DNA of 64,000 bases from Rikenellaceae bacterium (GCA_017425655.1 JAFPAT010000009.1:2534-66533), one strand, 5' to 3'. Shown: positions 1 through 10,780, numbered from the stretch's first letter. Translations and numbers: made by a program. The notes: generated by a model not told the origin, from the letters alone.

Positions 1-490
<490 letters not shown>

Positions 491-516
491 ATAACAATCA
501 ATACTGACGTATCGCA

Positions 517-1146
517 ATGATTCCCAATCCGATAGAGATTGTCGTGCGCGAGATATCGAGCGACGATTCGGCACTGTTCGAGTCGCTTGCCGAGGATGAA
601 CGTGCCTACGCCTTGCAACTCTCTGCCCGTCGTCGCGCGGAGTGGGTGTCGTGGCGAGCGTTGTTACGCGAAAATGCCGAGCGTTGGACAGTTGGTGAGC
701 AGGCGTTGAAGGTGGCATATGCCGCGACGGGCGAGCCGATTTTCGAGGGGCTCGAGGGGTCGATCTCGGTGTCGCATTGTCGGGGTTATGTGGCTCTGGC
801 ACGATCGCGCGAGGGGCGTTGCGGAATCGATATCGAACGATTGGATCGTAAGTTTGAAACGGTTGAAAATAAGTATATTAACGCAACGGAACACCAATTT
901 GCAGAGAGCGTTGGACAGCCCGATTTTCGAGCCGTGATTTGGTGCGCGAAGGAGGCAGTTTATAAATATCTGGGGCGCGAGGGTGTCGATTTTCGACGCG
1001 ATATACAGGTGGTCGATTTTGATCCGAAGGGAGCCTATCTCGACATCGAGACCTTTGGTGAGCGTCTGCGTTGCGCGATCTTTCAGCTTGATGATGCGAT
1101 ACTTGTCGCAACGGCCAAGGGCGATGTTAATTTCGTTATGCGCTAA
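517..1146 (+). CDS. 4'-phosphopantetheinyl transferase superfamily protein
   Basis: Motifs SISVSH, CGIDIE, WCAKEAVYK. Confidence 0.85.
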   Translation: MIPNPIEIVVREISSDDSALFESLAEDERAYALQLSARRRAEWVSWRALLRENAERWTVGEQALKVAYAATGEPIFEGLEGSISVSHCRGYVALARSREGRCGIDIERLDRKFETVENKYINATEHQFAESVGQPDFRAVIWCAKEAVYKYLGREGVDFRRDIQVVDFDPKGAYLDIETFGERLRCAIFQLDDAILVATAKGDVNFVMR

Positions 1147-1184
1147 AAGAGTGCTAAAAAACCACTGTTAAATCTGTACAAATA

Positions 1185-1218
1185 AAAAACTGCCACCCGA
1201 TGAAAGGCGGCAGTTTTT
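1185..1218. terminator. Bidirectional intrinsic terminator
   Basis: AAAAACTGCC...GGCAGTTTTT hairpin between convergent genes. Confidence 0.7.
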
Positions 1219-1257
1219 CGTTTTATCACCAATTGTATTATCGGTCGTTTTGTCGCG

Positions 1258-1890
1258 TTAGAACTTTCCCGATCGTGGTGTATAGACCACCTTTTTGGTG
1301 TCGAAAAACTCCTCTTCGTAGAAGTTTGAAATCGAATAGAGGTTCCAACGCTTGCCCGTAAGTGCCAGCTCCTCTGCAAGATCACCGCCCTTCAAATAGA
1401 GAATTCCGTTAGGCAGCGTGCCGCGCTGACCGTTCTCGATTTTGTTCCAGATCCAACCCGTAAAGGTCTTCATATCGGTTACCGCGCGACTTACCACGAA
1501 GTCGAATTTTTGTGGCAGACTCTCCACACGCGCATTGATCGGCGTTACGTTTTTCAGCCCCAAAGCCGTGCAAACCTCGCGCACAACGGTAATCTTCTTG
1601 CCGATCGAATCGACCGCCGTAAATTGCACATTCGGAAAGAGAATCGCCAGCGGCACCGTCGGAAAACCGCCGCCACAACCAACATCCAATACGCGCGCGC
1701 CATCCTCGAATTGGCACACCTTCGCAATGGCCAGCGAGTGCAGAACGTGGCGCAGATAGAGGCTGTCGATGTCCTTGCGCGAGATCACGTTGATACGTGC
1801 GTTCCACTCCGTATAGAGCGGCAGCAACTGCTCGAACTGTGCGCGCTGCTCCTCTGTAATGTCGGGGAAATATTTGAGAATCAAGTCCAT
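1258..1890 (-). CDS. rsmG: 16S rRNA (guanine527-N7)-methyltransferase RsmG
   Basis: WNARINVISRKD, HVLHSL, LDVGCGGGFP, DSIGKK, VSRAV, LKG. Confidence 0.95.
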   Translation of the reverse strand: MDLILKYFPDITEEQRAQFEQLLPLYTEWNARINVISRKDIDSLYLRHVLHSLAIAKVCQFEDGARVLDVGCGGGFPTVPLAILFPNVQFTAVDSIGKKITVVREVCTALGLKNVTPINARVESLPQKFDFVVSRAVTDMKTFTGWIWNKIENGQRGTLPNGILYLKGGDLAEELALTGKRWNLYSISNFYEEEFFDTKKVVYTPRSGKF

Positions 1891-1902
1891 ATCTCTACGA
1901 TT

Positions 1903-2475
1903 TTACATTTTATCTTCGATAATGAATCGGCACAACTGCTCGCGTGCGCGATGTATTTGCGTCTTGACCGTGCCGAGTGGCAGCGAGAGCTTTTCGGCAA
2001 TCTCCTCGTAGGAGAACTCGCGGAAGTAGCGGAACTCGATCAGCTCGCGGTAGCGCGGGGTCATACGGTCGAGGTGGTGCTCAATGCGCACCCTCTGTTG
2101 CAGACTGATCACGCTCTCTTCGGGCGTGGGCACGGTCGAGGCGGGGGTTACGGTCGAGTGTGGGGGCAGGGCATCAATCGAGAGATCCTCGTGGCGTTTG
2201 CGCACGAAGTCGATAAATGTGTTACGGGCGATGGTGTAGAGCCACTGCCCGAAGGTGTAAGTGCGGTCGTAGCGGGTCAGATTGATAAAGACCTTGATAA
2301 AGGTCTCCTGCAACAGGTCATCGACATCGCTGACGTTGCCCACACGTTGCAGATAGAGGCGACGTATCGACTCGGCATAGCGGTTGAAGAGGTACTCGAA
2401 CGCGCTATTATCGCCCGCAAGCACCCAATCGACCAACTGTGCGTCGTCAGCTACGATATAATCCTCTATCGCCAT
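1903..2475 (-). CDS. ECF RNA polymerase sigma factor
   Basis: Region 2 DLLQETFIK..FGQWLYTIARN; region 4 SYEEIAEKLSLPLGTVKTQIHRAR. Confidence 0.92.
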   Translation of the reverse strand: MAIEDYIVADDAQLVDWVLAGDNSAFEYLFNRYAESIRRLYLQRVGNVSDVDDLLQETFIKVFINLTRYDRTYTFGQWLYTIARNTFIDFVRKRHEDLSIDALPPHSTVTPASTVPTPEESVISLQQRVRIEHHLDRMTPRYRELIEFRYFREFSYEEIAEKLSLPLGTVKTQIHRAREQLCRFIIEDKM

Positions 2476-3623
2476 ACGGTTTCGTCTTTATAGATGCGGC
2501 GCGATGCTGCCAGAGCGATATTGACCCACACGCCAAACAGATCGTAAAGGAAATAAGTTGCCATTACATTCCTCTCGCCCAGACGCTTACGCACCGAATT
2601 AACCGTAGCATAGACCAACATATAGCGTAGCAGAATGATGAATGCCGTTGCCAATTTCAACTCCAAAGGCAGAGCCACCAGAGCCGCCGTAGCCGCAAGG
2701 AAGAAGAGCAGGCGACTACCGCCCTCCCACTCGATTGCGTTACGCGCCGCGAGGGGATAGAAGCGATAGGTGTGGCCGAAATATTTACGGGCACCGAGCC
2801 ACCACGACGCACCGCCCCAAACCTTCTGTCGCACCGTTGCACGTGGCGAGATGATGACCGAAACGGTCGCCTTGTCGGCAAGCGATTGTATGAACAGATC
2901 GTCCTCGCCCATATTCATATTGAGGTGGTTGAAACCCTTCACGTCGAGATAGAGGTTGCGGGTGATACCCAGCGTGTTACGTACGCCGCGATAGGGCTTG
3001 CGACGAATCGCCGCCGAGAGCCACGCCATCGACTCGGCCATACGCTGTGTGCGCATTAGTCGGCCCACAAAGCCGCTACGAAGCTCCACGCCGCAGTAGC
3101 CCAGCACCACATCGCCACGCGTAAAGCCCTTCGCCATCAGGCGCACCCAACGCTCCGAGGTTATGATCGTGTCGCTTGTCGAGAGCAGGATGTGGTCGTA
3201 AGCCGCTGCACGGATACCGAAATTCAGAGCCTGCTTGTTCGAGATCGGGAAGCGTGTGTTCTGCTTGATGTTTGTGATCTTCAAACGGGGGTATCGGAGC
3301 TGCATCTGTGTCAGCATAATCGAGAAATCCTCGTTGTTGCCCACATAGACCAACACAACCTCATACTCTTCGTAATCCTGCGTCAGGTAAATGGGCAGAC
3401 GCTCCTCGATAAAGTCGGCATCCTCCTGCGTAACGATCACCACCGACACGGGCGGCTCGACCGCAAGACGTTCGGGCAGCGAGTTATTCGTATATTTCGG
3501 CAGGCGACGGTAACGAATTGAGTAGTAATACATTTGCACAATGAATAGTACCACGATTACACTCATCAGAGCGATTCCTTGCCAGCCGTATGCGAGATAT
3601 ATTTTGTCGAAAAATTCCATCAT
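2466..3623 (-). CDS. Membrane glycosyltransferase family 2-like protein (DxD appears degenerate)
   Basis: PPVSVVI, QDYEEYEVV, KQALNFGIRAA, GEDDLF; N- and C-terminal TM segments. Start placed at ATG 3623, downstream of a minus-strand TATCTTTG at 3650-3657. Confidence 0.75.
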   Translation of the reverse strand: MMEFFDKIYLAYGWQGIALMSVIVVLFIVQMYYYSIRYRRLPKYTNNSLPERLAVEPPVSVVIVTQEDADFIEERLPIYLTQDYEEYEVVLVYVGNNEDFSIMLTQMQLRYPRLKITNIKQNTRFPISNKQALNFGIRAAAYDHILLSTSDTIITSERWVRLMAKGFTRGDVVLGYCGVELRSGFVGRLMRTQRMAESMAWLSAAIRRKPYRGVRNTLGITRNLYLDVKGFNHLNMNMGEDDLFIQSLADKATVSVIISPRATVRQKVWGGASWWLGARKYFGHTYRFYPLAARNAIEWEGGSRLLFFLAATAALVALPLELKLATAFIILLRYMLVYATVNSVRKRLGERNVMATYFLYDLFGVWVNIALAASRRIYKDETVWR

Positions 3624-3836
3624 CAATTTTGCAATAACAATAATTCGGACAAAGATACGAAAAATATATATCAACATTCCAATTTCAAGATTCAAAATTT
3701 TTCGCCTTTGATGTTAAAGCCTACCGACCGTCAGCCGATGGTGGCAGCTTGGTCGCAAACGGCTCGCTGATGGTGCCGAAATCGAAGATTTCGCATAATT
3801 TTGGGAAGAACTAATGAGGGTTACGTAAAAAATTCA

Positions 3837-3844
3837 TATCTTTG
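3837..3844 (+). promoter_or_regulatory. Bacteroidota -7 promoter element (TATCTTTG) for tgt
   Basis: Exact TAnnTTTG consensus, 5 nt before the ATG. Confidence 0.7.
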
Positions 3845-3849
3845 TCCGA

Positions 3850-4980
3850 ATGAAGTTTACGCTACAACATAAAGCTCCCGAATCGAAGGCTCGCGCCGGT
3901 GAGATCGTTACAGATCATGGCGTGATCCCGACCCCGATTTTTATGCCTGTCGGCACGGCCGCAGGTGTAAAGGGTATTTTCCACCGCGACCTGCGCGACG
4001 ATGCAGGCGCGAAGATCATTTTGGCAAACACCTACCACCTCTACCTCCGCCCCGGAATGGAGGTGATCGAGGCCGCAGGTGGCGTGCATCGTTTCAGCAC
4101 GTGGGATGGCCCGATGCTCACCGATAGTGGTGGTTTTCAGGTCTTTTCACTCGCTGCGTGTCGCAAACTCACCGAGGAGGGTTGCCGTTTCGCATCGCAT
4201 ATCGACGGCTCGAAACACCTCTTTACTCCCGAAAATGTGATGGATACCCAGCGCACGATCGGTGCCGATATTATGATGGCATTCGACGAGTGCCCACCGG
4301 GCGATGCACCCTGGGATTACGCCGCTAAATCGCTGGCTCTGACCGAGCGTTGGCTGGATCGCTGCTTCAACCGCTTCAACCAGACTCAACCCAAATATGG
4401 CCACTCGCAGTCGTTGTTCCCGATCGTACAAGGTTGCGGTTATGAGGATCTGCGTGAGCGTGCTGCGCGTAATGTAATGCAGTATAACGCAGATGGTTAC
4501 GCCATTGGCGGTCTGGCCGTAGGCGAGCCTACGGAGGTGATGTACCGTATGATCGAGGTGGTCAATGCGGTGCTGCCCGAGGATCGCCCGCGCTACCTGA
4601 TGGGTGTGGGTACGCCTGTCAATATCTTGGAGGCTATCGATCGCGGTGTCGATATGTTCGACTGCGTGATGCCCACGCGTAACGGTCGTAACGGTATGCT
4701 CTTTACCAGCGAGGGTGTGATCAACATTCGCAATCAGAAGTGGCGCGACGACTTCTCGCCGATCGACCCCAACGGTACGAGCTTTGTCGATACGCTCTAC
4801 TCGAAGGCCTACCTGCGCCATATGACCATCGCTGGCGAGATGATTGCGGCACAGATCGCATCGCTGCACAATGTAGCCTTCTACCTTTGGCTGGTGGGTG
4901 AGGCGCGTCGAAAGATCGCCGACGGCACCTTCGCCGAGTGGAAGCGCGAGATGGTTGTTAAATTGACTAAACGTCTGTAA
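3850..4980 (+). CDS. tgt: tRNA-guanine transglycosylase
   Basis: TPIFMPVGT, LANTYHL, TDSGGFQVFSL, MAFDEC, IGGLAVGE, YLMGVG, DMFDCVMPTRNGRNG. Confidence 0.97.
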   Translation: MKFTLQHKAPESKARAGEIVTDHGVIPTPIFMPVGTAAGVKGIFHRDLRDDAGAKIILANTYHLYLRPGMEVIEAAGGVHRFSTWDGPMLTDSGGFQVFSLAACRKLTEEGCRFASHIDGSKHLFTPENVMDTQRTIGADIMMAFDECPPGDAPWDYAAKSLALTERWLDRCFNRFNQTQPKYGHSQSLFPIVQGCGYEDLRERAARNVMQYNADGYAIGGLAVGEPTEVMYRMIEVVNAVLPEDRPRYLMGVGTPVNILEAIDRGVDMFDCVMPTRNGRNGMLFTSEGVINIRNQKWRDDFSPIDPNGTSFVDTLYSKAYLRHMTIAGEMIAAQIASLHNVAFYLWLVGEARRKIADGTFAEWKREMVVKLTKRL

Positions 4981-4985
4981 GAGAG

Positions 4986-6083
4986 ATGCGTAACCCCGGA
5001 CTCAAAATACTCGACCGTTATATCATTCGTAAGTTCCTCGGAACCTACTTCTTCGCCATTGCCCTGATTATCGTGATCGTGGTGGTCTTCGATTGGGTGG
5101 AGAAGACCGATGATTTCTTCGAGTTGAAGGCTCCGCTGAATGAGATTCTGTTCCAATATTACGCCAACTTTATCCCCTTCTTTATCAATAAGTTCAGTGG
5201 TCTGTTTACATTTATCGCCGTGATCTTCTTCACCTCGAAAATGGCATACCAGACCGAGATCACCGCGATCCTTTCGAGTGGAGTGAGCTTCCGACGATTG
5301 ATGTGGCCCTACTTCATCTCGTCGTTTGTGATTGCGATGCTTTCGCTCGGATTGAATCTGTGGGTGATCCCCGAAACGAATACGAAGCAGGTTGCATTCG
5401 AGGCAAAATATCTCAAAAAACGACAAAACATCCGCTACGATCGACATATCTATCGCCAGATCGAGCCGGGTACATTTGCCTATATCAGAGGCTATTCGGG
5501 TCGTGATCAGCGCGCTTCGTTCTTCGCTTTGGAGCGTTACGACGGCAACCGTATGGTCGCCTCGCTCGAAGCTGCGGATGCGAAGTTCGACCCCGAAACA
5601 CGCCAATGGACTGCCGAGCGCTATATCACGCGCGAGTTCGATGAGTTGCACAACGAAACCTTCACGCAACATACCCGTCTGGATACGCTTATCAACCTTG
5701 ATGCTACGGAGTTAGGCCGTGTCAATGAGTTGATTAAGACGATGAAAATCGGCGAACTGAACCAATTTATCGACCAGCAGCAGCTCAAAGGCTCAAACCT
5801 GATCGGATTGTTGGAGGTGGAGCGACATACGCGCTATTCGTACCCGTTGGCGACATTTATTTTGACGCTTATCGGTGTCTCGCTCTCGTCGCGCAAGATG
5901 CGCGGAGGTATGGGTCTGCATATCGGCGTAGGTATCACGCTCTGTTTCTCGTACATCCTCTTCGGTCGCTTCTTCGAGGAGTTCGCCAAGGGCGGAGTGA
6001 TGAATCCTGCATTGGCGGTTTGGATCCCGAATATCATTTACCTATTCGTATCGATATATCTCTATCGCAAGGCACCTAAATAG
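4986..6083 (+). CDS. LptF/LptG family LPS export permease
   Basis: ILDRYIIRKFL, EITAILSSGVSFRRL; 3 TM, periplasmic domain, 3 TM; WIPNII. Confidence 0.9.
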   Translation: MRNPGLKILDRYIIRKFLGTYFFAIALIIVIVVVFDWVEKTDDFFELKAPLNEILFQYYANFIPFFINKFSGLFTFIAVIFFTSKMAYQTEITAILSSGVSFRRLMWPYFISSFVIAMLSLGLNLWVIPETNTKQVAFEAKYLKKRQNIRYDRHIYRQIEPGTFAYIRGYSGRDQRASFFALERYDGNRMVASLEAADAKFDPETRQWTAERYITREFDELHNETFTQHTRLDTLINLDATELGRVNELIKTMKIGELNQFIDQQQLKGSNLIGLLEVERHTRYSYPLATFILTLIGVSLSSRKMRGGMGLHIGVGITLCFSYILFGRFFEEFAKGGVMNPALAVWIPNIIYLFVSIYLYRKAPK

Positions 6084-6107
6084 CAAACGACTAAAACCCA
6101 AATAGTT

Positions 6108-7124
6108 ATGAGTTTTATTAAGAAGACATACGAAACTTTCCGCACCTCGCCCGTGTTGCGTACGTTGGTGTGGATCGTGTTGGCAATTGCTGCAATGCTC
6201 GTTGCAGCACACTACCTGATGCAGCTCGGCACACGCCACGGCGCACGTTGTGCAGTGCCCGATTTTACGGGTATCTCGATCGGCGATGCGGAGTATATGG
6301 CCAAGAAAAATGGCTTGGAGATCATCGTTAATGACTCGCTCTATGTGCCTGTGTATGACGGTGGTATCGTGTTGGAGCAGAACCCCAATGCCGATGTGGC
6401 GGTTAAACCCGGTCGCAAGATCTATGTTACGATCAACTCTTTCGCGCAGAAGTCGGTGAAGATCCCATACGTAACGGGTTACTCGTTGCGCCAGGCGAAG
6501 AACAACCTCGAAATTGCAGGTTTGGAGATTGCCGAGCTGATCTATCAGTCTGATATGGCGACAAATAATGTATTGGAGGAGCGTTTCCGCGATCAGGTTA
6601 TCACTCGCAATGACAATATCGAGGCGGAGGCAGGTTCGGGCATTACGCTCGTGGTGGGCGTGTCGGCCGAGAGTGGTGCGGTGAGTGTGCCGAAGGTGAT
6701 CGGTTTCCCGTTGAAGGAGGCGAAGAGCCGCCTGTGGGAGGTGGGTCTGAATGTCGGTCGCATTGTTTTTGATGAAGATATCGAGGTTCTCGACCGCAAA
6801 AATGCCCGCGTATATATCCAGTCGCCCCAGCAGAATAAGGTTCTGCCGCTGGGTCAGCGTGTCGATCTGCATCTTACGCTTGATCCTGAAAAGGTTGAGA
6901 AGCAGAGCGTTGCATCGGATCGCGCGGCACGTAAGCTCGAAGCAGAGCGTGAGTTGCGCGAGGCACAGATTGCCGATTCGATGATGGTGATCGAGGCTGC
7001 ACATCGCGCCGAGCAGCGTCTTGCCGATTCGCTGGCTGCCGTTGCGGCGGGTGAGATCTTTGTTCCCGATGGCGCAACCACTGTCGATGGTGCAGGTGAG
7101 GGCGAAACCGATTTCTTTGAATAG
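6108..7124 (+). CDS. PASTA domain membrane protein
   Basis: N-terminal TM, TRHG..VPDFTG, three PASTA-like repeats (VLEQNP, IPYVTGYSLRQA, VPKVIG); upstream of rluD. Confidence 0.85.
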   Translation: MSFIKKTYETFRTSPVLRTLVWIVLAIAAMLVAAHYLMQLGTRHGARCAVPDFTGISIGDAEYMAKKNGLEIIVNDSLYVPVYDGGIVLEQNPNADVAVKPGRKIYVTINSFAQKSVKIPYVTGYSLRQAKNNLEIAGLEIAELIYQSDMATNNVLEERFRDQVITRNDNIEAEAGSGITLVVGVSAESGAVSVPKVIGFPLKEAKSRLWEVGLNVGRIVFDEDIEVLDRKNARVYIQSPQQNKVLPLGQRVDLHLTLDPEKVEKQSVASDRAARKLEAERELREAQIADSMMVIEAAHRAEQRLADSLAAVAAGEIFVPDGATTVDGAGEGETDFFE

Positions 7125-7143
7125 TAAATTTTTGTAAATCAAT

Positions 7144-8238
7144 ATGATCAACGACGACGAGGATATCCTGTTGCTTGACGAAGAGGAGGGCGAAGGTGCC
7201 GAGGGTGAGCGCGCGGGCGATGAACTTTTCGAGCACTTTGCGCTGACGGTCGATAAGGGCCAGGCGATGATGCGAATCGACAAATTTTTGACGATTCGTA
7301 TGGAGCACGTGTCGCGCAACCGCATCCAAACCGCCGCCGATAATGGCAACATTCTGGTCAATGGCTCGCCCGTCAAGTCGAGCTACAAGGTTAAGCCTTT
7401 GGACCGCATCTCGATCGTAATGCCCTATCCGAAGCACGAGGTTGAGATCACGGCCGAGGATATTCCGCTCGATATTGTCTATGAGGATGACGACATCATT
7501 CTGGTCAATAAGCACGCCGGTATGGTCGTGCATCCAGGTTGTGGCAACTGGTCGGGCACGCTGGTCAATGCGCTGACGTTCCATTTGCGCAATCTGCCGA
7601 TGTTCCAGGGCCACGATATGCGTGCGGGATTGGTCCATCGTATCGATAAAAATACATCGGGCCTGCTGGTGATTGCCAAGAACGAGGATGCCGCCGCGCG
7701 TCTTGCCAAGCAGTTCTACGACCACTCGATCTCGCGCCGCTATGTGGCGCTGGTGTGGGGCAACTTCGAGGAGGACGAGGGCACCGTTACGGGTCATATT
7801 GGCCGCAGTCGCACCCACCGTATGAAGATGGCCTGCTACCCCGACGGTAGCGAGGGCAAGCACGCCGTAACGCATTGGCGCGTACTGCGTCGCTACGGCT
7901 ACGTAACGATGATCGAGTGTCGCCTCGAAACGGGTCGCACCCACCAGATCCGCGTACATATGGAGCATATCGGCCACCCGCTGTTCAACGACGAGCGCTA
8001 TGGTGGCGACCGCATATTGAAGGGCACGACCTTCTCGAAGTATAAGCAGTTTATCGAAAATTGCTTTGCTCTGATGCCGCGCCACGCCCTGCACGCCCGC
8101 TCGCTCGGTTTTGTGCACCCACGCACGGGTAAAGATGTCCATTTCGAGAGCGAACTGCCGCCCGATTTCAAGGCGGTTATCGATAAATGGGAGGGCTACA
8201 CCACCGCCCGCCCCTATATCGAAAGCGACGAGGAGTAA
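7144..8238 (+). CDS. rluD: RluA/RluD family 23S rRNA pseudouridine synthase
   Basis: S4 domain RIDKFL..SRNRIQ, VNKHAGMVVHP, VHRIDKNTSGL, LETGRTHQIRVH, ALHA. Confidence 0.9.
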   Translation: MINDDEDILLLDEEEGEGAEGERAGDELFEHFALTVDKGQAMMRIDKFLTIRMEHVSRNRIQTAADNGNILVNGSPVKSSYKVKPLDRISIVMPYPKHEVEITAEDIPLDIVYEDDDIILVNKHAGMVVHPGCGNWSGTLVNALTFHLRNLPMFQGHDMRAGLVHRIDKNTSGLLVIAKNEDAAARLAKQFYDHSISRRYVALVWGNFEEDEGTVTGHIGRSRTHRMKMACYPDGSEGKHAVTHWRVLRRYGYVTMIECRLETGRTHQIRVHMEHIGHPLFNDERYGGDRILKGTTFSKYKQFIENCFALMPRHALHARSLGFVHPRTGKDVHFESELPPDFKAVIDKWEGYTTARPYIESDEE

Positions 8239-8253
8239 CGAACGAAAAATAAT

Positions 8254-8288
8254 CAAAAGGAGCCTATCCGAACGGTAGGCTCCTTTTG
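8254..8288. terminator. Bidirectional terminator
   Basis: CAAAAGGAGCCTA..TAGGCTCCTTTTG inverted repeat between convergent genes. Confidence 0.75.
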
Positions 8289-8310
8289 TCAATATAATAT
8301 ATAGGTGTTG

Positions 8311-9171
8311 TTACCTAATTCGCGGCGGCTCGGCGAAGTAGAGAGTGCTGTCGGCGGGCGTTTCCGGAACATAAAAGCCGTCGATGAGCAACTTAAAGCC
8401 GAAGTTCGCCGCAGTCAGCGAGTCCAAAGCCTCCTTCTTCGGGAGGTAATATTTTACCGTCAGCTCCTCGATCGTAAAGTGAGGTTTGGTAGGCTTTGCG
8501 TTGAGATTGCATAGCTCCATAACAAGCTCCTGCGCCATCGAGTCGGCAATGAATGTATGCGAATATTTGTCGCGTGTCTGGCGACGATAACGCTGCGAAT
8601 GGTACCTCGTTCGGCGATTGGTGCTATCGATGAAGTAGCCGACTGTGCGGTGTCCCATATTTTTGTCGGTCGAGTCGATAATGTAGTAGAACTCAACAAG
8701 ATACTCACCTGCGCGCGAGACCGGGATATGGAGTTTCATTCGCGAGGTGTCGGCGAGCGAACGCATACGGATCACCGAATCGAAGTAGATGCGCTGCACA
8801 AAACGGCGGCGGGCAATGGCATCAATCGTATCTAAATCGGCAACCTCTTCGTTCAGATGATCTGCCTCATCCTCCAAGCGACGAATAGCCAAATCGACCA
8901 CATCCGACAAGCGCGCACTCTTTCTGCGCGAGAAGCTGTTGATCGTATAGTGCAGATCCTCAATCGTATAACCATGCTTCGCAAAGATCGGCTCATACAA
9001 CATCACGCTATCGACCTCGATGCCGTGCAGATCTACATAGGAGTTAGCCAGATAGGAGTCGTGGAAGATGTCGGCAAGCGTCTGGTCGGGAATTACGCGC
9101 GGTTTATTGCACGATGCCGCTAACGCAACGATCGCCGTAAGGAGTATTGTTCGTAAAAAAGTTCTCATCAT
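8311..9171 (-). CDS. Lipoprotein with DUF4296-like N-terminal domain
   Basis: Lipobox LAASC, then IPDQTLADIFHD..IFAKHGYT, resembling DUF4296. Confidence 0.65.
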   Translation of the reverse strand: MMRTFLRTILLTAIVALAASCNKPRVIPDQTLADIFHDSYLANSYVDLHGIEVDSVMLYEPIFAKHGYTIEDLHYTINSFSRRKSARLSDVVDLAIRRLEDEADHLNEEVADLDTIDAIARRRFVQRIYFDSVIRMRSLADTSRMKLHIPVSRAGEYLVEFYYIIDSTDKNMGHRTVGYFIDSTNRRTRYHSQRYRRQTRDKYSHTFIADSMAQELVMELCNLNAKPTKPHFTIEELTVKYYLPKKEALDSLTAANFGFKLLIDGFYVPETPADSTLYFAEPPRIR

Positions 9172-10397
9172 TGTTTTATCGTTTCAGTTGCTTCGCGGCG
9201 GATCATTGTATTGACCGTAAGTCGCGAAATAGCCAGCGTTACGGCTGCCATTGCAGCTATAATTAACACTATATCAGTCAATTTCATTCTGACAGGATAG
9301 TACTGCACCACAAATGTCGTTCCGGGCATTTCGATTAACCCGAACTGCTGTTGTGCCACGCAGATACCCACGCCCAGCACCAATCCGATCGCTGCACCCA
9401 ATGTGCCGATCAGTGCGCCTTCACCCATAAATATCGAACGCACAAACTCCGTGCGGGCTCCCACGGCGCGTAGTGTTGCGATGTTGTCGCGTTTGTCGAT
9501 GATGAGCATAGCCAGCGACCCGACAATCGAGAACGAGGCGATGATCAGCACCAAGAGCGAAATGAAGAAGATGCCCCACTTCTCGTACTTCATAATGCGG
9601 TAGAGTGCGGCCTGCTGCTCCATACGTGTTACGACGCGAAAATCCTCACCCACAGCCTTTTGAACTGCATCGCGGGTGCGTTCCAAAGAGGCTCCATCGG
9701 CCACATCGACAAGTAGCGACGAGGCGCGATCGGGATAGTCGAAGAGCGACTGCGCCAGCTCGATTGTGGTCAGGATGTAGCTCTCATCGACCTCGCCACT
9801 AATCGAAAAAACACCTGACGGCGACGTGCGACGTTGCGTGTAGGCATCAATCGGCAGGAGTGTCGAGATGTCGCCTCGGCGTGGCGAATAGAGGTTCAGT
9901 GGGATGTCGAGGAAGGTCCTCACGCCAAGCTGATAGGCGATTGTTGATCCGATGCACGACTGTTCGATCTCGCCCAGACGCAGTTGCATCTCGCCCGCGC
10001 TGATATATTGCTCCATAGGCAATACATCGCAGTAGTCTTCATCCACGCCGCGCACCGTAACGACCACCTGACGACCGCCATATTCGGCCAACGCGCTCTG
10101 CTCCAAAGCGGCCGAGCAACCCGTTACGCCCTCGATCGAACGCAGTGAGTCGGTTTTTAAGTCGTTGATAACAAATGTTTTACCTTCGCGTGGCCGCACT
10201 TCGAGATCGGCATCGAAGGCCGACTGCATTCCATCGACCAGATCGGCAAAGCCGTTGAAGACCGACATCAGAATTATCATCGCCGCAACGGGGACACCCA
10301 CAGCCACAACGCTCACGCCGGAGATCACGTTAATCACCGAGTGGGACTTGGCCGAAAATAGGTATCGGCGTGCAAATAGCAACGATAATTTATTCAT
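9168..10397 (-). CDS. LolC/E (FtsX-like) ABC transporter permease
   Basis: FARRYLFSAKSHSVINVISG, SVFNGF, LIIASFSIVGSLAMLIIDK. Start corrected to ATG 10397. Confidence 0.9.
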   Translation of the reverse strand: MNKLSLLFARRYLFSAKSHSVINVISGVSVVAVGVPVAAMIILMSVFNGFADLVDGMQSAFDADLEVRPREGKTFVINDLKTDSLRSIEGVTGCSAALEQSALAEYGGRQVVVTVRGVDEDYCDVLPMEQYISAGEMQLRLGEIEQSCIGSTIAYQLGVRTFLDIPLNLYSPRRGDISTLLPIDAYTQRRTSPSGVFSISGEVDESYILTTIELAQSLFDYPDRASSLLVDVADGASLERTRDAVQKAVGEDFRVVTRMEQQAALYRIMKYEKWGIFFISLLVLIIASFSIVGSLAMLIIDKRDNIATLRAVGARTEFVRSIFMGEGALIGTLGAAIGLVLGVGICVAQQQFGLIEMPGTTFVVQYYPVRMKLTDIVLIIAAMAAVTLAISRLTVNTMIRREATETIKQ

Positions 10398-10438
10398 ATA
10401 CAACGAGTTATATTCGTTTGTTTTGCTCCGGCTTGCGG

Positions 10439-10780
10439 CTACTCCTCTTTGAGCAGCGAGTCGATATTTGCGATATATTCCAGCGAATCGTCGAGGAAGA
10501 ACTGCAATTCGGGCACGCTCTTCACCTGATTGCGGATACGCTGACCCAGCGCGCGACGAATCATCCAATTATTCTCTTCGAGCGTGCGCATAACCTCCGC
10601 ACTCTTCTCGAAGGGGAAGATGCTGAAATAGATCTTGGCATAGTTCAAATCGGGTGAAACACGTACCGTCGTAACCGATGCCATCACGCCGCGCACCAGC
10701 GGCGCAGCCTCTTTGAGCAGAATCTCGGCAACGTCTTTCTGAATCTGACGCGCCATCTTTGCTTGTCTTGTACTTTCCAT
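10439..10780 (-). CDS. rbfA: Ribosome-binding factor A
   Basis: MESTRQAK, VTTVRVSPDL..AKIY, VPELQFFLDDS. Confidence 0.95.
   Translation of the reverse strand: MESTRQAKMARQIQKDVAEILLKEAAPLVRGVMASVTTVRVSPDLNYAKIYFSIFPFEKSAEVMRTLEENNWMIRRALGQRIRNQVKSVPELQFFLDDSLEYIANIDSLLKEE

Noticed and set aside
517-1146. PPTase as a sign of an NRPS/PKS cluster
   Set aside because: No carrier or synthase genes in the window; gldE followed by a PPTase is routine in Bacteroidales.
9168-10568. Long N-terminal extensions in the ORF track for the LolE-like gene, xseA, prfA, LytTR, the CBM9 lipoprotein and rpmC
   Set aside because: They overlap neighbouring genes or promoters; downstream ATGs match family N-termini.
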